NCBI RefSeq assembly: GCF_038025025.1
Contig: NW_027117338.1
Location: forward strand, 1,860,001 to 1,924,000
Length of the DNA stretch: 64,000 nt
Reading direction: 5' to 3'
From: Phyllosticta citribraziliensis
Lineage: Eukaryota
The translations under genes and the position numbers were made by a program. The notes beneath the pieces were generated by a model that worked only from the letters and a program-made list of their open reading frames with translations, did no database searches and was not told the origin of the DNA. Shown here piece by piece: positions 11,742 to 27,146 of this stretch (its first letter is position 1; each line of letters starts with the position of its first letter).

Positions 11742-14700
11742 GGCCTCAGGCAGCCCTGTCGATGTCGCCGCCGGAGAATGGCAGACGCCCTGGAGATGAG
11801 GGATTCAGGGCCGACGAATTGTTGAGGAGTGCCCCTTGAAGTCGGGAGTGTTGTCGACGCGTGGGATCGAGGACCGAGAAGATGCAGGTAGTTGTTGAGA
11901 GTGGCGACCTGGTGGCTGCAGAATGGCAATTGGAGAGCGATACGGAGATGTCGAGGTAAGCGTTGTGGGTCGCCGTCGGGTCCTTTGGGAAGCGTTCTCG
12001 AAGTTCTTTTACCCCCAGGTGGCGCGTGAAACTCTCTTGTCGGCGAGGACGTCCTCGTCCCCGTTGCGGGTGTTATTAATGGGTCGATTGTTGACACCCT
12101 CGCCAATCAACGCCGACAAGAAGATTCGGTCCACCAACCAATGTCACGACGCCTCGAGGTCGCCTGGAACAAATCTTTGTTGTAACTTTAGGGGCAGATG
12201 TAGACACTAACTGGCGCGCCGGGCTGAGCCTGCCAACGGGCCGCTGCGCGGATGGAAGCTCCAAATTGAGGGCACGCGTCTGCACGCAACCGCGTGGTCG
12301 GGATCCACTCCGACTTAACTTCAACTCCCAGCCGTGTTGGTGGGTAGTCAACAAGATGGCCCTCCGGAACAGCTCGAACACATGCACTTCTCGATGCGAC
12401 GCAGGGACGAAGCATGTTACGTCTCTGCAAAAGCCCAACCAGCACAACTCTCGGACCAATTTCCGACCTATCATAACGCCCCCCTTGGCCCTAACTTCAC
12501 GCCCCTCCAACGGGTTTGACTGCCCCCCCGCCAAGATGGTCATTCAGCTACGGCTGCCCTCCATCACTCGAAAGCCGGCACAGGTGAAGCCTCCATCAAA
12601 GTAGCTACAAACTACTGTGCGCAGTTCGTTCACCACAAGACCCCAACAATGGCGGTGACGGTCGCGCTGTCTGCCCGGGTCCCGTATCAGTTTGGCCCGA
12701 TGGCTTTCAGTAAATGCTCTCTCCCGTCTCCGGACCTAGACACTTCGACTGGATCAACCACGAGTTTTTACCATGCCCCAGCAGTCAAAACGGGTAGACG
12801 AAATGAACAAAATCCTTAGAGGTGCTTTTGTCCACGTCAACCAAACCGCGCTGAACTGTGTCTACAAAAGACTGCTTTCATACTCGTATAACGCCTATAG
12901 CGCAAGTTGTATCTATATTGCTCAACAGCCGCTAGTCTCCGCCGTCTCGACTCATTTCCGGTTAGACGGCAGAAGGAACAGGCCGTGGTTACGTCAACAT
13001 GTCGACACGAACTATGAGTTTCTCATTTGGCTCGCAAGATGCTGGCAGAATGGTCGGCACGGCCGAAGCGGCCGGCGGCGGGCCGTTCGGGGGCGCCTCC
13101 GACTCCCCTACGACGACCCCGGGAACATCGTATTTCCTGCCGTCGTTCACCATCAACCCTCCACCTTCCTGTGTTTGCTTTTCCGATTGCGGTTGCCTTT
13201 GATGTTTGTTGGCATTTCCAAGTATTCATTTCCGGCTTAGGGGTTGCATCGGAGATGCATGCCCCATCTCAGTGTGTACCGAATGAGTGCTTCAACGATC
13301 GTGGATTATCGGGGATTGGTCATCATGACGTCGCTCCATGCAGGGAAAGAGAGATATCGCAAGAAAGGTTATAGTTTTACTCCAAACTTCTTCCCCTCAC
13401 ATTTTGATCCCCCCTCCCGGGCTAACCACATGGCGACATTGTTTCCACCTTTGGCAGGATCTGGTAGTGATATTCTGCGCCTGTAAATCATCAGTCGAAG
13501 TCCAGTCTCCATATTGCTCACTGCCCAGTCGCTATTCCGATCCTCGAGCTATCAGCCGCTTAGCCAGTACTTTGAGGTGTGGTATCCTGTTAAGACTCGA
13601 ATTGTCTTGCGGTCTACGGCTCTGTACATGGTTTCCGTGGGACGACTACTCAATCTTCGCTGGATTCAGTGATTCCGCCCTATCACACAAACCTCAGCAC
13701 CCTGGATAGTTGTGTACTAAACGTGTGCGGTGGCCTCCTTCGTTCTACATGTCTTCAATTATGCCAAGGTCAGCTGTCATGATCCCCGTTTGCGCCAAAC
13801 GCGCAAACTTCCGAGCATGATGTCAGGCCGACACTGTATTGCTTGTTGTCTATATCCCAGAGAGACTTGACAGAGGCTATCTTGCATAAGACTGCGGCTA
13901 CCGAGGGGGTTACTACGTCATCAAGGTAAAGAAGGAAAACTCACCGCCACTTTTGGTTTACTGTCGGCTTTCGGGCGATGCCTTCCAGCTGTGCTTGGGT
14001 ATCAACGAGGAGAGATCTACGTTGTCCATACCTCAAGAACAACCTGCTAAAGCAAAACGAAACCGAAGAATTCATCAAGTTTAGGCTGCGGGACACCCGA
14101 GTCAATGCCAAGATTTTCAGCATCAAAGGTGTGAGGATATGAGATGACAGCCGTTGACCATGACTGACCGGTCGGGTGTTGTCTGTTTTGAGATTTGCTG
14201 ACCGTCCGAGGTTGCTTCTCTGCTTACTGTATGTGAACCTCCACTAGCGCTTGTCACTCGAACTTCAATCTTCAATTAGCGACATTCAACAGGATCACTC
14301 CGTCGAGTCTCGACGTGGTGTAATAAACACGCCAAAGATCCGACTTCATGCTTATGTTCGATCATTCGGGCCGGTGGTCCAATCGGCATTACATACGAAG
14401 ATACGGTTGAATCAGAGCTTGGTCCATGTCATTTCATCCCAGCAGCGGTTTGCGACTCGGATTCAACTTCGGGGTTGCGAATAGAGGCTCACTACTAACA
14501 ACCTTCACGTACAAACTGACAAAACAACTCATGCTTCAGTGTGGCAGCATGATTCAGAATTCTCGACTTTTGACTGCACTCGGACGTGAACGAGCGCAGC
14601 TTTGAAAATTTTCTAAAGCAATCGCGTCAATCAGAAAGACACGAACAGCAACAGTCACAAGACTCTGAGGGCATCTGGTAAGAGATGAGCCGGAATGTCG

Positions 14701-17700
14701 TCATCCCTGCTTAGCCCGAGCAAAAACAAAGCCGCCCACATGGCATTCAAGGGGAGCTGGTTCAAGGATTTACCGTCACCCTCTGGGCGACTAACCTTGA
14801 AACTTCTCATGCGGCACAACCTCCCAATTGATTTGGAAGCCCACTCGAAAGTATGTAGCATGCACAAAGAGAAATTCCAGACGTTGTCCGGCCAGTCAAA
14901 ATCGAGGCAGTCGCAAATATTTCGCTGCCCGTTACTCGTTGCACGTGGGACAGAAGCCAACACCTCTGCTGATCACCCGAGTGTGGGGAGACGAGGAAGT
15001 GTTCCCAAGAAGGTCCGGGAAACGGATAACGACAGCCTCTCGGAAAGTTCCCATTGGCTCTCTTCTTCAAGGTGTCCCTTACCGCATACTATGATTTTTG
15101 AGCAACCGTTGCTCTAGTATTTCAGTCGGCTATGGCTGACAACATGACACACAGGCGCGAAAGGCAGTCGAGAAGCGCACGCGAAGTCGAAATATGTGTT
15201 TGACTTTCAACCGTCTGAGAGATCCATCCACTCGCCTTTTCGGAAGATCTGTAGCTGACAAGGCGTCATAGCACATGCATTAATGCATTGCGACCTGGTA
15301 CAAGAGAGGAAAACTCGTGAATCTGCTCCACCGCGATACCAGCAGTCGAAGGTTTAGAGCATCCAGGTAATATGGAAAATGTATTAGGCACGCGGACAAG
15401 TCCTGAGGGTTTGGAGGCTTCGCAGCCCGAGACATTGAAAAGCTTAGCTACAACGGCGTATAGCGTACAGCGCAATGCGCTCCCCGCCTTGGCTTTTCAG
15501 CCTTCTACGCAATAGTGCATGGCGGACCTGAGCGGAGAACAGCGAGGGAATGGGCGGGCAGAGTTTCCTGTTCAAAAATTCGGGCCATGCCCGTCCACCC
15601 CCTTGAATTCGGACTCGGTGACCGGGCCCTACAAAGTTGCGGCACTTGTCAAAAGGACAAACCCAGTCAAACTGGTACCTGAGCCAAAGAACTTCAACAC
15701 AGAAGCATAGCTCCATTACTTTGTCTCACTCCCGTTTTGGCAGGTCGACGCCAGCGAAGCGGGACGTGACGGACTGCTCTCCGGTCCAGTGACGAGCTTA
15801 CAAACGTTCGTCCATTTAGGAACCGTCGGGAATGCGCGCGGCCATGTCCGCCTTCCCCTCTCAACAGTCTTTGACCACCGTCATTGAAACCAACGGAGTA
15901 CCCATGGACCGATCCGACGTCAAGACGAGGGCCAACTCGTGGGGTGATCTGGCTGCCGAGCCGTCAACCTTTTCCGGAGCCATGACAGCTTGGTACCGAA
16001 AGGCTATCCTTTGCCGCAAGTGAGTCCCAAGATGAATTCGCAAAACAAGGAGAACCAACGGCCAAAGAAATCAGGCACAAAGAAGGGAGTGCGACCGACG
16101 TCGAAGGACTCTGTTTGTGCGCACCTCTGTGCACCATTCCAATCTGAAATTTACCAACCTTTGACCTACCTAACTATGACATTGTTCGAGCGGACAGAGG
16201 TCGTTTTGCGAATGCGACGCCGCATTTCCCGACGCCATGTCTACGGAAATAAACGGTCCTTGGTAAATCCAACGTCAGAAGCTCTCGGTAATCACTTTCT
16301 CCCCCGCAAAAGGCGTCAAGGTTTTGCACAAGAGAAAGGTAAAATCGCCCCGGCCTCCTTATTTGGACACCGAACAGGCAAAAGTCGCCTCGACACGAAC
16401 CACGCGCTCAGAAATCCCACTCTCTTTCATGGTTCGCGCCGACGGCTATCGCGCCACGTGGATAGCACCGATCACCCAACCTCAGCTGATGTTCGAAATT
16501 GATAATCCGATTACTGGTCTCCCAATCCTTCTGCTGTTGGACACGCGAGAGTTTCCTTGCGTTCGGCGGCGCCACTGGCGTCAGAGTGCCGGTGAAGAGC
16601 CATGGCACCGGCTGGTGTTTTCTTGATGTCTGCCGCTGGATGACGTATAGTACGACCGCTGTACCTGGTCCAAGGAAAAGGGAATTTCGCAGATGCAGGA
16701 GACACTTGGATGTAGTGTAGGTACCTTGGCTTTCCTTCCTGCCTACCAAAGCGGCTCTCCTTCCTTCTGGCGCTCACGCATTGATAGTACCTCGAGCGCA
16801 AGCGAGCCTGGCCTCATTTGGCTACTTGATCGAAGAAAGAAAGACTCCATGGACAAGGCCCCCAAGCGCGGACAGAACTGCCGCCGGAAAATCGACTTAC
16901 ACAGTACAAGCGTCTTGGATGCATGATGTCGACACTCCGTACTTCAGCCGTCCCCCTGGCCCAGCAAAGTTCTCGTTTCCGCGATCATACAGGCTCAGGG
17001 TTGAATTGAAGAGACGGGCTTTGAAAGAAGGCAAGAAGAGAACTGACACACGCCCAGGCCTGCTTGCGGCAGGAGCAGCTGCCACGACGACATCGACTGA
17101 ATCGACGACTGAATCGACGACGACAGCGACTTCAACGGGACTGAAACCAAAGTCCAATAGAAAACCTAGAACAAAGCTGGATGAGAGACAAGAGAAAGAG
17201 AAAAGGGGAGATGGAAAGCGGGAGACTCGGCGGTTGCAACGTTCCTGTAGCGTTTGGCCCCCTTTCGCCAGAGCGTGATCGTCAAAGGACACTTCAGGTT
17301 TCGCATTCACACATGCATCCGCATTCATAGCGGGACTGCCGGCGGACATCGACCGAACTTGAATCAGCGCACGCCTCTCACCAGCCCCAAAAGAAGAGCT
17401 CACCTACTACAAACAGCGCAGGCAAACAAGTGATTGTAAAGGTGCGAGATCGAGTCAGAAGATTCGTCCATTGTCGCCTCATGCGGTAGCTAGGTTTTTC
17501 CCGTTGTGCTGATAGTCTCCTCTCTGCTTTTCTCATCTTTACCTTTTCTTTCCTTTGCTTAGCAGAACTAAGCAACCATTTCCCTACTATTTCAAAGGCG
17601 AGAACGGCAGGCTGTATACTCCACATCACTGTGGAGAGGATGTCTTTCAAATCGTATGTACTGATGTCTCACGAGCAAAGTACTCCTTGACTAATCACAG

Positions 17701-17711
17701 ACCTCTCAAGC

Positions 17712-17717
17712 CTTTTC

Positions 17718-17754
<37 letters not shown>
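17712..17754. repeat. (CTTTT)n followed by a poly-T run
   Basis: Directly visible pyrimidine microsatellite. Confidence 0.95.
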
Positions 17755-17965
17755 CGCTGCTCAACTGCATCTTCATTCCAACTTCCAGGCACAAGCACCG
17801 CTTCCGTCGAACCTGCCTCCCAACGCATACAAGTACTTTCAAGAGATCATGGGCGGAGACATTCTGTGGGATATGCCGCATACGACGTTGGAAATCCGTC
17901 CCCGCCTTGACAAGAGGCAATCATTGACAACATATCACTCGAGACTACTTTGAGACACAGCATTC

Positions 17966-18983
17966 TTAGTCCTCAAGACGGTCAAGCAACCCACACAACT
18001 CTCGGGCGACGAAAGCGGGATCATCCTGCTGAATGAAGTGGCCGCACTTTGGGGCAATGATGGGGCCTTCGACGTGGTTGCAACCGGCAATTTGCACAAG
18101 GTCGGAGTTGTAAGCTTGCCAGGCTGGATTGACGTAAGCGTTGGTAAGGGCGACGGGTATGGAGAGACTGCCCTTTTGGGGATGGTCAGCCGGGGCGCGT
18201 GGCACGACGAAGGCAGAAGGAGGATGGTGGTACCGTCAGGCCTTGGCTCGCAAACTCATCTGGATCATGGCCTACGACGGTCAGACGCGGTTCTTGTCGG
18301 CCGGGGCCGAGGGGCAGCTTCGGGGCGTGGGCGTGAGGGAGCAAGGCGGGGAGATTGCGGCGGTCGAGGCGCTCGCGGTTGGGCACAGTGGGATGGAACA
18401 TGGCGCGGTACTTTCGGATGGTGTCGCGGAGGTCATCAACGGACGCGTTGGCAGGCAGGGTGGTCGGGTCAAAGAGTGGGCTGTCAGGATCGGGGAACAG
18501 CGAGACAAAGTCGGCGTTGGCCATCATCGAGTCGAGAAACAGCAGGCCAGCAACGGAGCCCGGATGGAGCGCCGCGTAGAGACGGGCGATTGGACAGCCG
18601 ATAGAGTTGGCAACGAACAGCAAGCGCGTGCCATGCAGCGGCATGGACAGGTCGTCGGCGATGAGGCGCGTCAGCAGCTGATGCAAGTCGTCGACGACGG
18701 CGCGGGCATCGTGGCCATAGGGCGTGTCTGGGTCATCTGTAGGATCGGGATCCGAGTCGCCTTGGCCGTAGCGGTCGTAGGTGACGAGAGCGGGCAGATT
18801 GCGGTGGTGCTTGTGTTTCCTGAGGTTGTCGATGGTCTCTGCCCATGACGTCTGGGGCAGCAGGAGGCCGTTGAGGAAGACGACGACGGTGGCAGCTAGC
18901 GGGCCGTGGGGCGGACATGGCGGGGCAAGAGAGCAGCGGAGAGCAGCGCCAGGCTTGGACGAGAGGACGACGGACAGGGCCAT
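17966..18983 (-). CDS. Alpha/beta-fold hydrolase, 2 exons
   Basis: VVFLNGL, YDRYGQGDS, nucleophile elbow ANSIG, LLFLDS and C-terminal CGHFIQ; intron 18233-18173 (GTACCA..GCTGAC..AAG) joins the two ORFs in frame. Confidence 0.88.
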
Positions 18984-19157
18984 TTCCTTGGACTTGGAGA
19001 GGTGAAGCTGGAGTTGCATGTGAAGAATGATGGATGACTCGTTGGGCTGCAGGCACATCCAGGAACCTTTGCGGGTCGACGCGGCCGCCCCAGCCATGTC
19101 CGGGTCCTGGGCCCTGACGGCATGGCATGCGATGCGACCAACATTGATGCATGTCTG

Positions 19158-19223
19158 CCTCTCACCTCTCACCTCTCACCTCTCCCCTCTCCCCTCTCCC
19201 CTCCCCTCCACTCCCCTCCCCTC
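19158..19223. repeat. Pyrimidine heptamer array (CCTCTCA)3(CCTCTCC)3 plus CCTCC units in a divergent promoter
   Basis: Directly visible; lies between the starts at 18983(-) and 19483(+). Confidence 0.9.
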
Positions 19224-19482
19224 AGTCCAACGCCTGCGTCCGAATCAACCTCGCCGCCTCCACTGCTCCCTGCGCTTCTGCCTGCTCGCCCGCAATGGCA
19301 GCAGCCCTCTCCCCGGAAGGCGCTGCCTTGACAGACACCGGTATTCTCTCCCGACCGCTCCAATTCGTCGCCTGTCCGGCCTGACCACCAAAACAGTCTC
19401 CCCTCCACTCTCGTCCATCAATCACCAGCCGAAAAAGTCTCCTCCCACTGCCTTCCAACCCACCCCAAACGACGCTCTCTAC

Positions 19483-20742
19483 ATGTCTCTGTCCACACTC
19501 CCGCCCCCGGTTTTCCCAATGCCCACGACCGTTCCTGTCCGCGAGAGCATACCTTCGGCGAGCCAGCTGCCCTCCAATGCCTCGTCCCGACAACCATCTT
19601 CCATGGTCCGCTCTCCGCTGACTCCTCCAGACCACGGCATGGTCGCTTCCATCCACACCACCGCTTCCCAACTCGCCCTGAACTCAACCTCGGTCGAAGA
19701 GTGGAGGAGCCTGCTCGAAGATGCCCGCCGAGGCTTTGAAAAGGAAAGGCAGACGTGGGACCAGGAGCGGCGGCTGTACCAACGCGAGATATCTATGCTG
19801 CGACAACAAATGGAGGCCAAAGACTCCGAGTTGCTCGTCATCAAGACCAAGTTAAAACAAGCCGAGTTGGCTGTCGAGGACCCAGTCGGTTTCCATCGCC
19901 AGATTGTCTCTCCTCCATCAGCAAACGGGACTGGCACTGCAACAAGAGTGTCGCCAGTCAAAAGCCCGCCAATCGTCGAGGCGCCTCGTCTCTCGTTGGC
20001 AGCGCCTGGAGATCAGCCCAGTGCACCAAGCACGGGCAAGGCGCGCGTTCCGACGTTCGACTTTGCGCATCACGGCACTGGCGAAATCAGCTGTAAGTTG
20101 ATCCAAGTGGGCCTGCGTCACATTTCATGCATGAGCTGACATGGCTCAGCATCTGCTGTGGCCCAGCAAACAGGGCTCAATTTCGAGGAAGACCCTCCTT
20201 CGCCTGCGACCACCGCGGCAAACCTTTCACCGGCACCAGAGTCCTATCGTTGGCACGCTGGACACACCCCTGGTAAGCCAGGGACAGGCTCTTTCAGCGC
20301 TTTCCAGACGCCTGGCGAAAAGACTCCCAAGGCCCATGAATTCGTGCCCCCGGTGGATGACCAAGCATCCGTCCAAACAGACGGCAGCGAAGAAGGAGAC
20401 ATTGCGCTGCAAGAACCTCTGTTCTTACCCCCCAACCCTGAAAGGTCCGAAGGCAGCATGATGCTTGGCGCACTGCAGGAAAAGCTTGCTTCGATAAGCG
20501 AAAATCCCGACGAAGCTAGGCCGGCAGTCTTGCAAGGGGCTCCGCCTTCCGATACTACCGCATCCGAAATCGACGCAATGGAGCCACCTGCCTCTTTGCC
20601 CTCTGATGCGGAAGAGGTGCCAGGAACGGGCGATCATGAGGTCCCTGGCATCAAGCTCAAGAAGAAGCGGAGCTGCAATTTCGGAGCGCCGATAGGGACC
20701 ATGCCCAGGTACAGGAACCAGTCGGATTTTGACGATTACTAG
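19483..20742 (+). CDS. Hypothetical S/P-rich protein with central coiled-coil, 2 exons
   Basis: Intron 20093-20149 (GTAAGT..GCTGAC..CAG) joins ORFs 19027..20139 and 20158..20742 in frame; coiled-coil LLEDARRGFEKERQTWDQER; C-terminal IKLKKKRSCNFGAP. Start codon choice uncertain. Confidence 0.8.
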
Positions 20743-21998
20743 CCTTTTGATACCCCTCGCTCGAGGCATTGAGCGGTGTTTGAATGACGGTCGGTGGGAT
20801 TCCTGACCACTCGCGTGCGACGAATTTCCTTTACTTTTCCACGGCTGGCTGAAGCGAAAAGATCGATTTCCATTCACCAAAGACGGATGGTCAGGGTACC
20901 AAAAAGCGAGTCCTGGATACAGCTCGACACGAATCAACGATAGATGGAGTTGCAGGCCACACTTTCGGTTATACTCAAAAGTCTTGTGACTGGCTGACTA
21001 CGGGCTGCCAAAAGCTGAAACACATTTTTCGGGCTCTCGAGCCGAAATCAATGGCGCACAAAAGGGATTGGATGGTGCTGTGTGGTGGCGCGCTCCACAT
21101 TCTTCGCGCAACAGCGAAGATTGGAAAGTCAGACAGGCCGACCAGAGGACAATAAATGTATCGTAAGAAAACCGTTGCCGGATTGAAGATATTTCTCATG
21201 CACGTCGCCTAGTGAGGTTGCCAATTATTTGCGTTTGTTGGCTGACGAAGCAGTAGAATTGCCCGCACAAATCATCCCTTGCATCTTGATCAGACCTCTG
21301 TCCAGATGATACCCACTCTCCACACATACCTTTCTACGCGCGTCGCGCCCTTTCACGTCCATCATCTCCTCGATCTGTGAGAGAGGGAGGTCAGCAGCCA
21401 TGGCTCCTCGCCACATGCTCCCAAGGAGACGCCAAAGACAACCTTCGCTGAAGTTCCTTGCGTCACATATTAGCTCCAGACACGACACCGTGAATCTCGG
21501 CCTCTATTCCTGACATGCAGTCTCTCTTGCGATGGGCGTCCCAATCAATTGTCTCACATGAGCTAGGAAATGAAGGTATAAGTTTGTCATGACTGTCCAT
21601 AGAGACATGGGAGCAAGCAGGCAAGTACGAGACGACGAGCAACCACTTTGCTGCTCGACACAAGCCTCGCTGTCATTACCGTCTCTATCTCGTTACTGTC
21701 ACTCACTTGTACTCAATCGTCCTACTACGGCAAGGCCGTCGCTCCCTTCGTCCTTTCCCCACCCACTCCATTCCAAAAGCGCGTGTCCACGCGTGTACGC
21801 AACGGGACGACGCCGATCCAGCGCGTCACTCCTGTCCTGCCTGCCCTATCTACTTCGGGGCAGCACAGTGCTTACTCGAGGCACTCTATATCATCGAGAC
21901 CACTCGCTGTACTAGAGAGCATTTCTGTCTACCCGGTCTCTCCTTCAGCCGTTTGACCTCGACCGCACTCATTGTTCGAACAAACGGGGCTCGACACG

Positions 21999-22860
21999 AT
22001 GAAGCTCTTCAACGTCATTCTTTTTGCGGCTGCGGCCACCGCTGTCGCTATCCCCATGCCTCTTAGTGAGGCTGACTTGGAAGCCCTGCGGGCTCGCGGA
22101 GTTAGTGAGGTATGTTTGCCATCTTTCATTCTTCTGCACCCTTCGTTTTTCCTGCGAGGCATTTTTGACTCTCGGTCGCTTTGCTTCTTGTCTCCTTGTA
22201 CAATCATAATGTCCACATGTACCTAGTAAGCTACTTACTAACCAGCATCCACAGTCCGACATTGCGCACGCTCTGCAGCCATCGCCATCGAACCCCGTGG
22301 CGTCGCTGCTGCGCCGCAACATCGACGCCGACGCCGAAGTGCGCCCCGCCTTCTACTCGTCGCCGCGCCCGCAGCTGACGCGGCGCTGGGACTCGGCGGC
22401 GAGCGACAGCGACATGCGCGCCGTCCAGGGCGACACCAGTCTTTCCGAGGACCACAAGTCGCACCGCCTCGCCATCCTGCGCTTCATGGACAGCCTGGCC
22501 AAAGGCCACTTGGCCAGCATTGCTGTTGGCCAGGGCGGGACGGCTCTCAAGAAGCGCGAAGAGATCGGCGAGGAGAAGAAGAGGGGCTACGTTGGCGGGA
22601 GCGGCAATTGGCGTTTTGGTGCCATGAACATGGGCGTGCCCAGCCGCTGGAGCTGGAAGCATAAACCGGGCAGTGCTGCTGCTGCCAACAGCAACAGCAA
22701 CGCAAACTCCAACTCCAACTCCAACTCGGCCAACACCAAGGCCTTGACGACGACGACGACGACAACCACGGCGAACAAGGCCAGCACGGTGGGCAAGGGA
22801 GCGCGCGACCCCGAGGCTGCCGAGCTGACTCGGCCTGAGAGGTGGGTGTATCAGTGGTGA
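21999..22860 (+). CDS. Secreted protein precursor with several dibasic (Kex2-type) sites, 2 exons
   Basis: Signal peptide MKLFNVILFAAAATAVAIP; intron 22110-22254 (GTATGT..TACTAAC..CAG) joins in phase 0 to ORF 22297..22860; about 238 aa; RR, RR, KKR, KKR sites. Confidence 0.85.
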
Positions 22861-24957
22861 GGAGGAGGAGGAGGAGCTCCGTCCGCCCTTCTCGCTTCCT
22901 CTGTCTTTTCCCCTCCGATAACAAAGAGCTAAGGATGTCCTCGGGGAGACTGCAGCAGTCTTAGCCTTTCGCCGTCATCTTCGTCCTCGTCTTCAGCATC
23001 AGCCTCGGAATTCATGAGAGACCATTCTCGCTACCATCAATCTTCTCACCATCACCATTCCACTGGCGCCGATGATAACGACGACAGAAAGGGCAGTGGC
23101 CATGGTCGGCAGCAGTTTGGAGGCGGGAAAGTGGCCGCCGCTTTGCCTGGGTGGGTCAGGATTTGGTGATGTGTTTTGTGTGTGATGGTTCATCCCGTTC
23201 CTTGACACAGTCGCTCTGATGTGGATTGGCAAGCTTTCGCGTGTAACTTGAGTCGGGAGAGGGAGATTAGGAGAAGGAAAAGAGAAAAGAGACATTGAGG
23301 TGGTGGGAGAGTCGGGGAAGTAGACAGGCCATCTCCTTCGTTTGCCTTTTTCGCTTCTCGCACTCTTTGACCCCTCATTTCGGACTTTTTGTTTTGATGA
23401 TGGTGATGGAGGAGGTAAGTAAGACAGTGTGCTGTGTTCAGTGTATCCCTTGTTATCTGGTTGTCTAGCATCAATCTACCTATTTTGTCTGCCTATGATG
23501 AGTGCGATACTAGTTTGAGGCAGTTTCCTTGTATCCATGGAGCTGCGTTGCCAGATCGATGCTGAAGCAGAAGTTGAGTGGCCAAAGGTACAAATCTTCG
23601 AGCTTTCGGAACAAGAGCACTAGAGAGCGCTCAAGGCAGACAAGGTCAAGTGAGCAGCTAGTCAAGTGAGCCGTCTTCTCCCCCGTTTCCCGTAAACGTG
23701 CTACCTGTGGCGATTCTTGAAGGGCGAGCGGATCCCAAAGCTTGCGAGGACTGCATGCAGGGAGTGGGAATCCAGAACCCAATTCTCTCCCGGGACAAAG
23801 GGAATACCCAAAGGAGCAAATCTCCATCGCGCCGAGCAAAAGGAGCGAAGCGATTGGAAACTCCACTCGACAATCAGGGGACGGCTCTCAACAAATGCTC
23901 AGCGGGAGACAACAGCCTACCAGATGGCCCGTCAAGCCCTGGAGCAAGTTTCCGCGAGACCATCATCTGAACGATGGAAGATGGGGGCGCGCGTCTTCGG
24001 AACGCTTTCCACCGGCCCCACAGTGGGTATTTGCAGTGGGTGGCGCGCGCTGGAGGTACCGCCTGCTCCTCCAAACCCCACCCCTCACCCCCTGGATACC
24101 CCGCATGTGTACCCCGCACCGCTGCGCTGTGTACAGACGGATAGCCCCACAGCTGCGCGCCTGGATTGACGTCGAGCAGTGCAAGGCGCAATTTGGACGT
24201 TCAGAGAGCTGCTGTTGGCTTGGCCAAGCTGAGAGGCAGGCGGATTTAGCTGCCTCAGCTGTTTTGGTTACTTCGACTCGCCTAGGAAAGGTAGCCATGT
24301 GCGTGTCAGGGGACGTGACGCACAAGGCTTGGGAAATCCTGGGAGGGACCGATGAGGTGATTGTGGAGTGGACATGGCCGCTATTTCGAGGGGAAGATCT
24401 CGGGCTGGCGGAGTATCCTGCGCGCTTCGTCATACACCTATCCTGTGGGCTGGCTGCAGAGATGCACTTCCAGGACGCATCAGTGACAGCTGTCCCTCTT
24501 TGTACGGATCCGCAGGTCCCGCTATCAATCTCTCCGCCAGCGGCTTATTTCCGCGCCTGTGGGGGTCGTCTTTCTCCATTGTTGGTGGCGCAATGCAGCG
24601 TAGCTACTCCGCAGCAGCCTCCGGGGACACAGGACTGCAATTGATAGGCGCGGTATTGGGTACTCCACTAGTGGACCAGATGGTATTCTTGCAAGAACCA
24701 AGTTGAGCCCGTGAAGCAGGGTGAGCGTTGGCTGACGCACCTGATGTTTGAGGCCCGCGTCCATTGCGGCTGCACGCCAGTCCCTTAACCCTGGGGCAGT
24801 GCGGAAAAGGGAAATGGTAAACGCCGCCAGCATTCGGATTCGGAAGTCCTACTCGGTGTGTTCCTGAAGCAGACATCCCGTTGCCCCGAACATGCCCTTC
24901 AAAACCTCTGACGTATAAAATCTAGGCGGCTCCGGAGTATTTGGAGGACCATGGTAA

Positions 24958-26865
<1,908 letters not shown>

Positions 26866-27146
26866 ATGAGGATTCGAGTCGATGAATGGAGAAAGCTGCT
26901 TGTTGATGATGGACGCGCCGCAGGAGCGTATCGTGAGATGGTCGGCCGACGTCGCGCACCCCTGTCCCAGAGCGGTAAAGTCCCGGCCCGGCTAGAACCG
27001 CCATCAGGACGTCATCATCCAGATCGAGTGCCTTCCAATCCAGCGCCCAGCTTATCCGTACCTACATACCTTACCCTCAGCCTTCTTCCGATTCCCCTCA
27101 TGGCTCCACCTCGTCCCTCATAGTACCATCCCAGGACCTGAAGACT

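Noticed and set aside
23742..24644. 300-aa ORF upstream of the monooxygenase
   Set aside because: Non-ATG start, no recognisable domain, and many overlapping ORFs of similar quality.
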